A stretch of 62,992 nt of DNA, counting the filler, from Octopus bimaculoides (lineage: Eukaryota), in NCBI RefSeq assembly GCF_001194135.2. It is 5 parts of 5 records of this genome, joined end to end, with 100 filler letters (N's around TTAATTAATTAA, not from the genome) between each part and the next. Parts side by side here need not be neighbours in the genome. Positions count along the whole stretch, not along the records: positions 49,065 to 53,820 come from NC_068993.1; positions 53,921 to 62,992 come from NC_068982.1; 3 more parts are not named here. One strand, written 5' to 3'. The position numbers and the translations under genes were made by a program. The notes under the pieces are model-generated. The model made no database searches and was not told where the DNA came from. It was given only the letters and a program-made list of their open reading frames with translations. This document shows positions 49,876-62,919 of the stretch, one piece after another (the stretch's first letter is position 1; every line of letters starts with the position of its first letter).

Positions 49876-50233
49876 TTAGTCAGAAGTAATTAAGGAATTG
49901 TTTATTAATTTATTTATATACGGATACAGAAAGTCTTCAGTTGGGCTACAAGCATTCTGAGACGTTTGAGAAAACATTTTAAATATAAAAACATAAGTGT
50001 TTGATTTTACTTTATTTTATTGTTTCTCATTCCTTTTCATCAAATGCCCTTGGGAATTTTGGAGACTTTCTGTATCGTTATAGAAATAAACTAACACTTC
50101 CTTCATTTCTTTTGACTAATTTCAATACTATTACCAATATACTATTCTGTACACTACTAAAAGCGTTTAATTCCTCCATATAAGACATATACGTAAAAAA
50201 AAAAAAAAAAGGCGGATGTGCGTGCGTACCGCT

Positions 50234-51480
50234 ACTTAATAAATGAAAAAATGCATCGTAAATAAACAATGACAAGTAAAAAATGTATGCATATACTGAG
50301 GGAACAACCGGACAGATGCACAGAGGATCCCTAATTCTTCATCAGTTATCAATTAAAATGATAATACTCACTTTCGCACCGTTAATGATGAGACTGAAAA
50401 CTTCCCATATTGGTGGTGCCTGTGAAACTCACAGAGAATGTCGAGTCTCAAGTACACAAAACAACACAGAGTGGACATACGAAAGTTAAAAAATGTAATT
50501 TAAGACGATGGACAACTTCTATTTCTAGCCTATCCATTCCCCTTTCCCTCTCTCTCTCTCTATCTCTCTCTCTCTCTCTCTCACCCTGTCACTTGTATTT
50601 GTAACCTTTCTTCTTTCCCCTTTCATTTTTTCCCTTATTTTCTCTCTATTTTCTCTGTCGCTCTCTCTTCTTTCTTCTCTAACTGCTGCTGACACGTGAC
50701 CAATGACCAGCTTTCCATCTTCCTCTCCCTTTTGTACACCGGTCGCCCGGCCATTTGATCGCAAAAAATCTTTTCTTGTAATTTCCATATCCTTTAGGAT
50801 TTCTTCTTAGCTATACCCACCATTCTTGTCCTTTTGGCCCTAAGGCCGTATTTTGCTCGTTTCTTATTTATTTCATCTTTGTCCATCGTCTTAAATTACA
50901 TTTTTTTAAACTTTCGCATGTGTTGTTTTGTTTGCTTGAGGCCCGACATTCTCTGCAGCTTTCGCAGGCACCACCAATAGGGAAAGTTCTCAGTCTTCTC
51001 ATTAAAAGTGCGAAAGTGAGTATTACTATTTTGGTTGATAACTGATGAAAAATTGGGGACCCTCTATATATATANNNNNNNNNNGCTGGAGTGTGTTGCG
51101 TTTCGTGACTTAATAAATGAAAAAATGTATAGTAAATACACAATCAAAGAGTGCACAAACGAACGGAAGAGAGATACAGAAGGACCTTAATTCTTCATCA
51201 GCTATCAACCAGGTGGTATTACAGAGTTTCGCACCATCAATGGTAAGACTGAGGTGCTCCCATTCTGGCAGTGCCACGAAAGTTGCGGAGAATATAGGGC
51301 CGAGAGCAAACAATACATGAGTAACAAGCGATACAGAAGTGGACATACAAAAGTGAATAAATGTAATTTAAGATAACAGTCGAAGAACAAAGACGAAATA
51401 AATAAGAAAACATATAAAAACAGCCTCAGGGCCAAAAGAACATGAATGGTGGGTAACGCTTAGAGAGCAATCCTAAAGCA
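50234..51480. repeat. Three diverged copies of an unclassified ~200-370 bp repeat in forward/reverse/forward orientation
   Basis: Copy 1 50234-50515 (+), copy 2 ~50780-51066 (-), copy 3 51108-51480 (+); shared TTCATCAG.TATCAA...TTTCGCACC...AATGTAATTTAAGA blocks. Confidence 0.7.
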
Positions 51481-51752
51481 TCAGAAAAACAAGAAAAAAC
51501 AAAAAAGTGTACCATAGGTGCGGAAACGGCGTACTCCGAAGGAATCTAAAGGTAGCTTAATCCAAGGGTAGAGTAAGAAAATCTATGACTGAGGTACTCC
51601 AAATCAGTCGGAAGGACGTAGAAGGTCCGCATGAGCGCGGAGCAAATAGTCAATTCAAATATTGAATTGACTATATACATATGTATGTATATATGTATAT
51701 ATGAATCTATATATCCATGTATCTATGCATGTGTGTATGTGTGTATGTATGC

Positions 51753-51785
<33 letters not shown>

Positions 51786-52567
51786 TGTATGTATATATGT
51801 ATGTATGTATGTATGTATGCATATCTATGTATGCAATCATGTATGTACGTATGTATATATGCATGCATGTATATACGTATGCATGTATGTATATATGTAT
51901 ATCTATGTACCTATGTATGCAACTATGTGTGTATGCTACCGTTCCGGATCTTGAACTGACCCGGAAGTAATGGTAATTAACCTATCTATGAATTAAATAG
52001 ATTTCCCAGAGGTAGAGGACGCTCCCGATATTTTTGACAAAATCATAAGGAAGGCAACTCTTCTGAGATAGAACCTGTGTCACCAGTCATTTTGCGACGC
52101 ATGGCGCTGGAACCTACTATGGCAACCGAGAGACTAGCAAAAGTGTTGTATAGGTTTTTGTCACTTAATCCAATGACGTACAGGCGTCTCACTAACGTTT
52201 CATTTCTTGATCCGTTTTATATTCTATAAAGTCTTCTGGCAATGGATATCCGCGCACATGCAAGAGTTAAAGTAAATCAAAACAAACTGAAAAAACGAAA
52301 CGAGACAATAATCATCATGTGTGTATGTATGTATGTATGTATGTATGTATGTATGTATTATGTGCATATATATATACAAAAAGAGACCGATAGAATAAGT
52401 ACTAGGCTCACAAAGAATAAGTCCTGAGGCCGATTTGCTCGACTAAAAGCAGTGCTCCAGCATGGCCGCAGTCAAATGACTGAAACAAATGATACAATAA
52501 AAGAATATGTATGTGTGCGTGTGTGTGTGTGCGCGTGTGTGCGTGTGTGTGTGTGCGTGTGTGTGTA

Positions 52568-52634
<67 letters not shown>

Positions 52635-53051
52635 TATCCTGAACTAATGAGTATATGTCAATTAGTGTGTTGAAGTGTTGAGTAGAGCACTGGCATGGTT
52701 TGGGCTACCTGGTATCATCCTTAGTTGGTGTATATTTCCGTTGGATCTACTTCAGGAACTCCGCAGTTGAGATAATGATAATTGATTAAGTAAGCAGAAG
52801 ATGGATTTGGTATTAGTCTTTATTTAGTAGAACGATCGTTTCGACCCATCCTGCTACTGACCCTCATGGGACAGTATGTGTTTATACGTGTGTGTGTGTA
52901 TGTGTGTGTGTGTGTGTGTGTGTGGTGAAAAGTAGAATGAAATAAAGAAAATGCACACTTGGTATGAGTGTAATGACTTTTTTTTAAAGCAAATACATAT
53001 ACAAACAAAAGAGTTGAAGGTATATTAAGATATATAAGCATTATTATAAAA

Positions 53052-53086
53052 AGTCATACCGGTTTCTCTATAGGTTGTCACTGACT
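53052..53086 (-). ncRNA. Possible decayed minimal hammerhead motif
   Basis: Minus strand AGTCA-GTGACAA-CCTATAGA-GAAA-CCGG-TA-TGACT: perfect stem I and palindromic CCGG loop III, but two core mismatches vs CTGANGA. Confidence 0.3.
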
Positions 53087-53266
53087 GTAAATCAACAAAG
53101 GTTGTCATGCGGTGTTGGGTATAAACATATGCCTGAGTGAAAAAAATGGATGCAAGTGAAGTAAACAGTTCTGAATGGGATGTAATTAATGTAGATACGA
53201 TTACTGAAATTTAAGGTAGTACTTGAGATATATGAGGTTATTGATAAATAGTAAAGTTAGCAGTTT

Positions 53267-53694
53267 CAAACCAGGGTTAAGAGTAATTTCGAAGGGGATG
53301 AAAAGTAAAAAAGCATTTTGAATAGTTACCACTTGTACTATTTTATGCATGCTAGCCACTGGTAGAAAATTTCTCTAATTTCTTTACCCAATTTTCTTAA
53401 TATAATTTTAGTAATTTTGAAGAAAGTCGGGACATAAATTTTTATTTGCTGTGAACTGTAACTGCGTTTGCACGGTGGATTTGAAAAATTATAATATATA
53501 AAGATGAGACATGTGCTCTCTGTTTGCCCCAAAATTATACGTTAATTATTAGCGCACTTGCTGATGAAGAACACGGATAACAGATTATCTTATTTGTTCA
53601 TTAATGTTCGAAACCTAGATACAAGTGGTAACTATTGAAAATGTTTTTTTCTTAATTTTTCGTCCCCTTCGAAATTACTCTTAAACGTGGTTTG
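53267..53694. mobile_element. MITE-like element with ~75 bp TIRs
   Basis: 53267-53340 (CAAACCAGGGTTAAGAGTAATTTCGAAGGGGATGAAAA...AATAGTTACCACTTGTA) vs reverse complement of 53616-53694. Confidence 0.75.
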
Positions 53695-53770
53695 GACTTT
53701 GACGGTTCCTTTTATCATGTAAGGTGTCCTGTTAGGGTCACCTGCCTTGTGTATGAATGTATGCTAATTT

Positions 53771-53820
<50 letters not shown>

Positions 53821-53864
53821 NNNNNNNNNNNNNNNNNNNNNNNNNNNNNNNNNNNNNNNNNNNN

Positions 53865-53876
53865 TTAATTAATTAA
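53865..53876. other. Artificial scaffold linker TTAATTAATTAA
   Basis: N44-linker-N44 (53821-53920). Confidence 0.95.
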
Positions 53877-55896
53877 NNNNNNNNNNNNNNNNNNNNNNNN
53901 NNNNNNNNNNNNNNNNNNNNGTATGTCTATTCATGTATTTTCATTTATCCTTCATTCATTCATTTATTATAAAACGGTTACGTTAGCGGCTGAATCACAT
54001 ATTTTGTTAATATAACTAAGTCCAGTACTTGAAAAGAAAGCATAAACACTTATTTTAACGGATATTCATTTTGACAAGATTTCTGAGAAATAACTTGGTT
54101 GGAAAATAATACATGTTACATTGACAAGTGTTTTCTTAATCATTTCAACATTAAATAACAAACTATCAATTCCTCGTTTGCTTTATCTTACAACAAAAGA
54201 TTGAAATAATTACCAAAACAAAACATGTCAAGGCGTATGCATGATTTTGATAGTTCCTATTTTTTTCAACTTATTTAGAATGATTATTCTGCTATGTTGC
54301 ATATTATAGATGCACCCAATACCAAGAACTACATGATTGCGAAGAAAAAATTAAAAATTGTAAGCAGAAAAGGAAAGAATAAAAATCATTGGATGATCAT
54401 TAATGTTTTGAAATGAGAGAAAATTTGATAATTATAATTTTTATATTTTCTTTTGATTTTCGTTTAATTTTTCATTGGTGAACATATTTGTTGGAAGAAA
54501 TAAAATTTATTGAACGTTATGCTGTTTATTATTCAAATTTAATCAAAGCTGTCAACTTAAGATGAGTAACTCTTTGAAAATAACGCAAATTCCTTTTGAC
54601 TGGTTTAACCTCGATAATAACATGTAGAGGTAGAAAAATGTAAATTACAAAAATTAGTTGATTATATAAAATCAGTGTTTATTAAACAGTTTGCACCGGA
54701 AATATTAATGTGTAATCTTACTATGCTTTTTGTATTTGTGTTTTTTCGTATTCATATTAATATCTCTACATATACATGGAGTTTGTGCAATGGACACTCC
54801 CATGTAAATATTAAATAACAATTTGAAGGATTTATCAAATGGATAATCATCTGTCACACTTCATGCTAAGTATATAACACAAAATTTAACTTCATCGCAT
54901 CGTATCTAAATTTTAATATGCGATGTAATAAAATCCATCGAATCATAGCCGTACCTGTTATGATGACTATATTAGATTTCAAATAAGATATGTCGATAAA
55001 CCCAAACGCCATAATACATTCCATTAAAATTTGTAAATATTATACCTATCCAAGAATATAACCACATTTAATACGCTGAATGACTATCCAGATAAATAAA
55101 ATATTAAAACACATCCACTACATAGCGTCGAATACATGACTTACAATTTACAGCTACTGCTCTTAAAGATAAAATATTTGATGTGCATGCAATATAATTC
55201 TTGCAACAAGCGCACAAATATGTGTATGTTCTTTCTATTTTCGGAACTCAGACAAGACACATCTCACAAAATCTCAGATTTCACTTTCCTACATTGCTAC
55301 AAAGTGTGGAATCCTAAATCAGTTGAACCTTAGAGCAATTAATTAATAAGTTTTCCTTTTCAAAAAGAATTAATATTACTGAGCAGGTAAGTGCAGCTCA
55401 TGCAGGTAATGGGTTTTCTGATCAAACATCGTTATTATTAATATAAATTTTGTAAGGATATCTTAACCAGGACATAGCTCATTCATATTTAACTCAGGCC
55501 AGATCTAATTTTGGTGGGCTCGTCAGACACGTAAGCAATAAGTAAACTCTCTACACACGATTGAACAAGGATATATGTATGTACAGATGTATGTATATAT
55601 ATATGGAGCAAAACAGTATGATTCAAATTCGTTGTTACTCTTGAGTTTCAAGTCTGATTCTAGTTGTCAGTCAAATGGCTGATGACTCCCTATAATGTAA
55701 CTCCCAATAAATTGGTTGTGTGCCCTTCTATCGTATATGTATATATCAAATGGATATCTTATTAAATTATTCCGCACATACAATAACAGCCATACCAACA
55801 ATCCAACATCCCTCCATCATCAGCTGTCCCACGGATTTCACTATGGTTTCGACACTTGACCATTTAACATCCTACTACTATCATGGCACTCCCGCA

Positions 55897-55990
55897 TTCT
55901 TCTTCTTCTTCTTCTTCTTCTTCTTCTTCTTCTTCTTCTTCTTCTTCTTCTTCTTCTTCTTCTTCTTCTTCTTCTTCTTCTTCTTCTTCT
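55897..55990. repeat. (CTT)n microsatellite
   Basis: Directly visible. Confidence 0.97.
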
Positions 55991-56546
55991 CTGCCAAGAA
56001 TTCACAACGACCTCGAACCCACAAGAGTAAGCAAGAGAGACAGAGACACGCTTATATGTGTGTTAGTGTGTGATTGTTTTTTGTTTTTTCTCAGACAATT
56101 ATTAGACTAAGACAAACGATCGTTGCCAAACCTAATATTCATTTTCCACGGAAAAGATTATTTATTTTACCGACAATGCCATTTGGTGAATGCTTGGACA
56201 TGCCACTACAATTTCTAATAAGATAGACTCAACAGAACCACTAGAGCTCATAGAAATATTCGATAAATATCTCATCGATTGTCTATAAGCACCTATGTAA
56301 GAAAGGGAAAGAAATTATTAGAGTATGTACTGCTATATATATCTGAAAATAAAACAGGATGATTAAGCTGGGTCACTTTCATAATCCGTTTGATTGATTT
56401 TGTCGAAGGATATCAAAATGCATCACCATAAATAATAAGAGCAGAAGTAATATCTATCAATGTAAAACTAAAATGTTAATGAAAACTCAAATGCAGCGTT
56501 CGTGCATACTACCGCATTGGACATTTGAATAATATATATGTACTCA

Positions 56547-56720
56547 AAGGCGGCGAGCTGGCAGAATCGTTAGCACGCCGGGTAAAATGCTTAGTTGTGT
56601 TTTGTCTGTCTCTACATTGTGAGATCAAATTCCACCGTGGTCAACTTTGCCTTTGATCCTTTCGAGGTCGATAAATTAAACACCAGTTTCGTTCTAGGGT
56701 CTATCTCCCAAAATTTTGAA
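56547..56720 (+). mobile_element. Family-A tRNA-derived SINE, CpG-intact
   Basis: AAGGCGGCGAGCTGGCAGAATCGTTAGCACGCCGGG...GGTCAACTTTGCCTTTGATCCTTTCGAGGTCGATAAATTAA; the central segment resembles the Meta/MESC SINE domain as I recall it (unverified). Confidence 0.8.
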
Positions 56721-56749
56721 CATTGTGCCAAGAGTAGAAGAAAACAACT

Positions 56750-57010
56750 TCTCCATAGAGTTTCCCGTAAGCGAGTCGAGGACCTTCTGCGATTCAGTCT
56801 GGATGTCGACAGCAGCTGTGAAAAGGATGACCTTTGAACTGCATTTTCATCCTGGTGAAGAAATAGAAGCTCGCATGCGCTAAATCTGGCGAATAGGATG
56901 GGTGGAGAAACGATACCATGTGGTTTTCGGCGAAAAATAAGGAGTGAGGAGAGATCGGTAACGAGGCGCATTGTCCTCGTGAACAATGCAATATAAATGA
57001 AACCCATAAA
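56750..57010 (-). mobile_element. Mariner transposase C-terminal fragment (pseudogene)
   Basis: Minus strand LHEDNAPRYRSLLT..FAENHMVSFLHPSYSPDLAHASFYFFTRMKMQFKGHPF...DIQTESQKVLDSL: HDNAP- and YSPDL-like motifs; frameshifts. Confidence 0.85.
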
Positions 57011-57109
57011 GCTATAGATCTAAAGAGTCGCACAGTAACAGTATCAAATTTATTTCTTAAGCAGCTGGAAACATTTATTTCATTATAATGTCAGTGTTGT
57101 TATTGAAAG

Positions 57110-57490
57110 TGGAGACTCAATGGCCCAGGTACTAGGGCAGTGGACTCGCGGTTGTAGGATCGCGGTTTCGATTCGCAAACTGGGCGTTCTGAACGTTTAT
57201 TGAGTGAAAACATTTAAATCTCCACGAGGCACCGGCAGAGCGTGGTTGCCGACCCTGCTGCTCTTTTTCACCACAATTTTCTCTCAATCTTTATTTCTGT
57301 TTCTGTTGTACCTGTATTTCAAAGGGGCCAGCCTTGACACGCTCTGTCATGCTGAACCTCCCCGAGAATTACATTAAGGGTACACGTGTCTGTGGAGTGC
57401 TCATCCACTTGCCCTTTAATTGCACGAGCAGGCTGTTCCATCGATCGGATCAACTGGAACCCTCGTTGCCGCAACCGATGAAGTGCCACG
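57110..57490 (+). mobile_element. tRNA-derived SINE (family C)
   Basis: GTGGAGACTCAATGGCCCAGGTACTAGGGCAGTGGACTCGCGGTTGTAGGATCGCGGTTTCGATTC head (A/B-box-like) followed by a ~300 bp GC-richer body. Confidence 0.7.
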
Positions 57491-58007
57491 TGTTATTGAT
57501 ATTATTATTGTATTGTGCAACCTAAGTTCAACACCAATCGAAAGGACTTAAGTTCGAATCATATCTGTTTTCATATTTCATGTACAACATACATTTCTAA
57601 ATAGTGGTTTTGTTGTTGTTTCAGGAAGGGTGCCCCACCGCATAAATGGTTTGTTGTGTGTTCCACAAATGGAACTGATTTCTCGCGCATCATATAGCAA
57701 AGAACAATTTTTTTTTTTATTATCACTGCGTATTTTCTTTTATTCAGGACAACAATCATATGAGTTCAAGTAAGACAAATGAATGGGGTAATAATGTTGA
57801 ATCTTTGGAAATATATGATTTCAGAGAATACGTATGAAATACACCCTAAGATACTAATAAAGAGCATTTAATGAAATGAACCTTAAGAAATAATGGCGAG
57901 GAATATACTAAACTAGAAAAAATATTACCGAGAAATGCATTCATGACTAAACTATATAAAAAACAGAAATTTGTTCAAATTAGCCGTAATGTTTATTTCT
58001 TTATTGT

Positions 58008-58213
58008 CCACAGGAGGCTAAACATAGAGGGGACAGAGGAAAGGATTAAGTCGAGTACATCGACCCCTAAGCGTAACTGGCACTTATGTAATCGACATCG
58101 TAATGATTAAATGCAAAGTCGACCTCGGCGGAATTTGAACTCAGAACATAACGGCAGATGAGATACCGCTAGGCGGTGCGCCCGGCGTGCTAACGATTCT
58201 GCCAGCCCTCACC
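58008..58213 (-). mobile_element. Family-A SINE, subfamily with CCCCTCTATGTTTAGCC tail
   Basis: Reverse complement of the 56547 head/core; same subfamily at 59875 and 60712. Confidence 0.8.
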
Positions 58214-59874
58214 TTAAATTAGACGTGATATTGTTTAAATATTTTGATGGCGTCAGCGAAATCTTCCGGAGTTATAAGTTTGGAGAAAATAAAACTGCAG
58301 AATTTAGGCAAAAATAAAGTTATTGATATATTAATAACTACTCAGTTGGGTATGGTGTATACCTCAAAGACAAGATTATACATTGCTAAATTGTTTGTTA
58401 GACATTTATTCATGGTGATGTATTATGTTGATGATACATCGATTAAAAAAATCATCCCAAGAAGTATACATGCGTTATTGGAAGACTGCGACGACAGAAA
58501 ATCTTTAGGTTTGAAACAAATGATTATTTCTTTTTTCTAATTTTGGTTCGCTATAAAATTAGATCTGTTACAGAAAATAACAGCAAAAATATACGCTCCG
58601 TTATTAATCCACATGAGACAATGTCCTGGCTTAGCGATTGCCTACACAGAACCAATTATATGATGGTGTTACTGATCATATTAATAGAGGAAAGCTTTCA
58701 ATTTTAATGTTTGAAACATTATACAGATTAAATGTAACGCTGGGAAATTAATTTGAAACTTTCATTAATTTTCAACTTATTAAGTCTGTTATCATTTCCT
58801 TCGTCTGAAAAAATCGTTAGAATAATATGTTTTCGGTATTTGTCTCGTCTCTTTATGTTCTGAGTTATAATGTCATCACGGCAAACTTTGCTTTTCATCA
58901 ATTCGCTATCGACAAAAATAAAGCAACGTTCAAAAAATTTCACCTCCCTGAAACTACTGTTCACGAGCCTAAATTGGAAATATTTAATTAATCTTGCATT
59001 CAAGAATATGTTAGTGTATATTATGAATTAGTGTTGCTTTATGTTGACAAGAATGCCATTGGTAATAATATTTATGTCAAGTTAGCTGAAACAATTTCTT
59101 TAATAAACGTAATGCCTAAGAATATATAGTAAACGAATCCAATGATTAGATTTTCCTAACACCGCACTACTTCAAACACGACCAATCTTATTTGGAATTA
59201 ATATAAGATTATTAATGTTGTAACTAACCAGCTGCATTAACAGAAACCTCTTTCTGTCCATTTAGGATGAACACTATAAAACTGTAAATTACTATTTCAG
59301 CGTCTCTGTTATCCACGATTTTGGTCATGTTGGTAATACGTTTAGTAGTTAATTTTAAATAAAACTACAAAATAAACAAGAAACAAACGTAAATATTCTC
59401 TGCTTTTAGCTTTTATGAAATGAGTGCACTCAACAATGTAGTAGACACATTCTCCAATTGTTAGGCAAGCATATTTAGGGATCAATTTATTCAGGATTCA
59501 AGACTACTACTGCTTGTGAGTTACTAAAATCGTGAAAATGGATTTTGAAAGAACTCTAAATATTGGTTTCAAATTTTGGCACAAGGCTAGCATTTTGAAG
59601 GAGGAATTAAGCCGAATATATATCAAGTTCAGTGCTCAACTAGTTATTATTTCATCGTTTCTCAATGGATGAAAGGTAAAGTCTCATCTTAGATTTCAAT
59701 GACGAACAAAATGTCGCGAAATATTTTGCAAGGTGTGCTAACAATAATTCTGCTAACTCGTCGACTAAGGATCTCTAAATATTATAGAATCTCATACATT
59801 TCGTATGTCTGATGTATATCATAACACCTACCACTGATTTTGCGTTTTGCCTTGATACAATATCTATTTATTTA

Positions 59875-60085
59875 TTGCCCACAGGGGGCTAAACATAGAG
59901 GGGACAAACAGGGACTCACGGGATTAAGTCGATTACATCGACCACAGTGCATAACAGGTACTTATTTAATCGACCCCGAAACGATGAAAGGCAAAGTCAT
60001 CCTCGGAGGAATTTGAACTCAGAACACAACGGCAGAGAAAATACCGCTAAGAATTTTGCCCGGCGTGCTAACGATTCTGCCTGGT
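59875..60085 (-). mobile_element. Family-A SINE
   Basis: As 58008-58213. Confidence 0.8.
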
Positions 60086-60711
60086 TACCTTGATACAATA
60101 TCGCAACTATCACGACTACACTTCTGTCGTTTTAAAAATATTTTAATTTTATGTCTACTGTTTGTTTACTTCAGTCACTGGAGTGAAGTCTTGCTGGGCT
60201 AACCACTCGATGGTTTTATTCAAACAAATCTATTCCAAGACTTGCTCTTGGAGTTGGTACTTGTGTCTCTGGTCTTTAAATTTTTTTTTTTGAACCACTG
60301 AACTATGGAGACCTAAACAACCCAAAACTGGCAAGTGATGGCGGAAGGGGACAACCAGAAACACAAACGAATACACACACATGCACACTTTATATNNNNN
60401 NNNNNNNNNNNNNNNNNNNNNNNNNNNNNNNNNNNNNNNNNNNNNNNNNNNNNNNNNNNNNNNNNNNNNNNNNNNNNNNNNNNNNNNNNNNNNNNNNNNN
60501 NNNNNNNNNNNNNAACCTCACAACCATGTCAGCGCAATGTATTTGTAATAATATTTATGTAGTCTAGATAAAAAGATGTAATCGATGATCGATTCAAACT
60601 GAAACCGTAATCATTTTTTCTTAATTAAATGTTGAAGGAAATAGGGTACAACTATTATTTTAGATTTTCCAACACTATATTTTAGTGTGTATATCTTAAT
60701 TTCTTCACTTC

Positions 60712-60925
60712 TCACAGGGGGCTATACATAGAGGGGTCAAACAAGGACAGACAAAGAAATTAAGTCGATTACATCGACCCCAGTGCATAACTGTTACTTA
60801 TATAATCGATACCGAAATTATGAAAGGCAAAGTCGACCTCGGCGGAAATTGAACTGAGAACGTAACGACAGACGAAATACCACGAAGCATTTGCCCGGCG
60901 TGCTAACGATTCTGCCAGCTCGCCT
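60712..60925 (-). mobile_element. Family-A SINE
   Basis: As 58008-58213. Confidence 0.8.
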
Positions 60926-61564
60926 GGTATGTATATCTTACCAATATTTGACTGCCATTCCATAATAACAGTAAACTACAGCATTTATTTCACGACTATG
61001 CTAACCTAGAAAATTTAGAACGAGAAGTGTTACGTTTCTGTCAATATTCAATGTAAATATAACCTGACATTTAGGAGAAAAGAATCTCTAAAGTAATTAA
61101 ACGTTTCTTATAGAATTATCAAGAGGGCAAGATGGCTCCAGGTTTCTTGGAATTGTTTGCAATGTAACAAACACAATATTGTCAGAGTAATTAGTGCCAT
61201 AAATATAATTAGAACATATGGATTACTATAGTTCTATCATCAATAACTCAAACTTCGATTTTGTTATAAATCTGTAGAACTTTCGAAGTTGCAGAGATTT
61301 CCAACTGATACATAAATAAATATAATAAAATGAAAAGTGTTCATAACACGAAAGCCTCCTAATATTAGAATAGTGTGGAGGGAATCTCATGATATCAGCT
61401 ATAAATCAGATGTTGTTTTATTTTATTAGACTCGTGGGACTAAGCAATGCTTTAATCTCTTAAATAATATATACTAATATACAAAAAGTCCTGATGAAAG
61501 TCGGCCAAGGTTACAGATAAATGTACGTAGGTAATAAAGTTTGTATTTCCATGGCTTTTATCCC

Positions 61565-61895
61565 TTGAGCCAGCAGAGTTCTTTTATTCTTTTATTTGTT
61601 TCAGTCATTTGACTGCTATCATGCTGGAGCACAAGCTGTAGTGGAACAAATCTACCCAATGACAAACACAGACACACAAACATATACACAAACACACACA
61701 CACACATACACACACACACACATATATATACATATATACAACGGGCTTTCAGTTTCCGTCTACCAAATTCACTCACAAGGCTTTGGTCGGCCTGAGGCTA
61801 TAGTAGTAGACACTTGCCCAAGGTGTCGCGCAGTGGGACTGAACCCAGAACCATGTGGTTGGTAAGCTACTTATCATACAGCCACTCCTGCACCT
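61565..61895 (-). mobile_element. Family-B tRNA/CORE-like SINE
   Basis: Reverse complement of the 20134-20557 family, with an internal (CA)/(TA) tract. Confidence 0.85.
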
Positions 61896-62919
61896 TTAAG
61901 TATTCCATTGTCCCCCAGTGGAATCCTAACATAAAAACGAGGATACACTGGTAGATTATTGTATAAATGACGCGTCTATTCACATACCTGCGCAAACACG
62001 AACACATATTTTACTTGGTTTATTTGATGGAAGGGACAGTATTCGTAAAATGAGTAGGAATTTCTATACCTGTGAGATTAATGTCATTAATGTTCCACTA
62101 GAAACTTCAACACTTGCTGTAAAGACATGAGGAGGGAGAAAATTCAAAAATGCTGCTATCTTACTATGGAAAGACTGGTGCGGTGCATGCTACTCGTGTC
62201 AATAGAGGAGATGGGAGGGCGATTCAGATGTGGGAAAGACACGAGCCCCGGGAACTTAGGATGGTAGAGTCTAGAGTAAGCATAGAAGCTGCTTAAATGC
62301 AAATGAAACCATGAAGACTTTTGATTAAGGCAAAACAACACAATTTTAGAGAAGAAGTATCAGTCGATTAAATCAGACACGGATTAAATCCATACCGTAA
62401 AGACGGAAAGCTCGTTGAAATTTCGTGTAAGAATGTAAAGAACATACACAAATTTTGCAAGGCAATTTTCCCGACATTCTAGCCATAATGAAACTAAAAA
62501 TATTATATAGCGAAGTGAATATACACTTCACATAAAATAGAATGGAATCGAACTCTGGCTGCCCTGTATATGAATTGCGTCCCTATATAATGTTTACCAG
62601 ACAGCCGTGATACGACAATGTGTCTACATCGAATTGACGCTGACAATGTCGTGAAATTAGAAAGCGGTGGCGCTATACGCTAGGAAGTGAAATAATTTAT
62701 TTTCGTGTGCCTGTAGCATTGAGATGTTTGAAAGTAAATATTTTAGAGAAGCTGCTGCACAAATGCAAAAAAGAAAAGTCCATAAAATACTTTTGTATAA
62801 AACGTCACATAAAGTATTCTTCAGACAGAATCAAAATAAACTTCTTGGACAGAACAACTTATGTATATTGTACGGGCACGATGCCAGGGCACCAAAGTAT
62901 ACAATATGGTATCATAGAC

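Noticed and set aside
50339-50377. Permuted (type II order) hammerhead on the minus strand: GAAA-GTGAG-TA-TTATCA/TGATAA-CTGATGA
   Set aside because: Stem I is good in copy 1, but no stem II can form between the flanks in any of the three copies, and stem III has a G-G mismatch in two of them.
52826-52875. Half hammerhead GAAACGATCGTT (palindromic stem III) on the minus strand
   Set aside because: No CTGANGA box or stem II at the required position.
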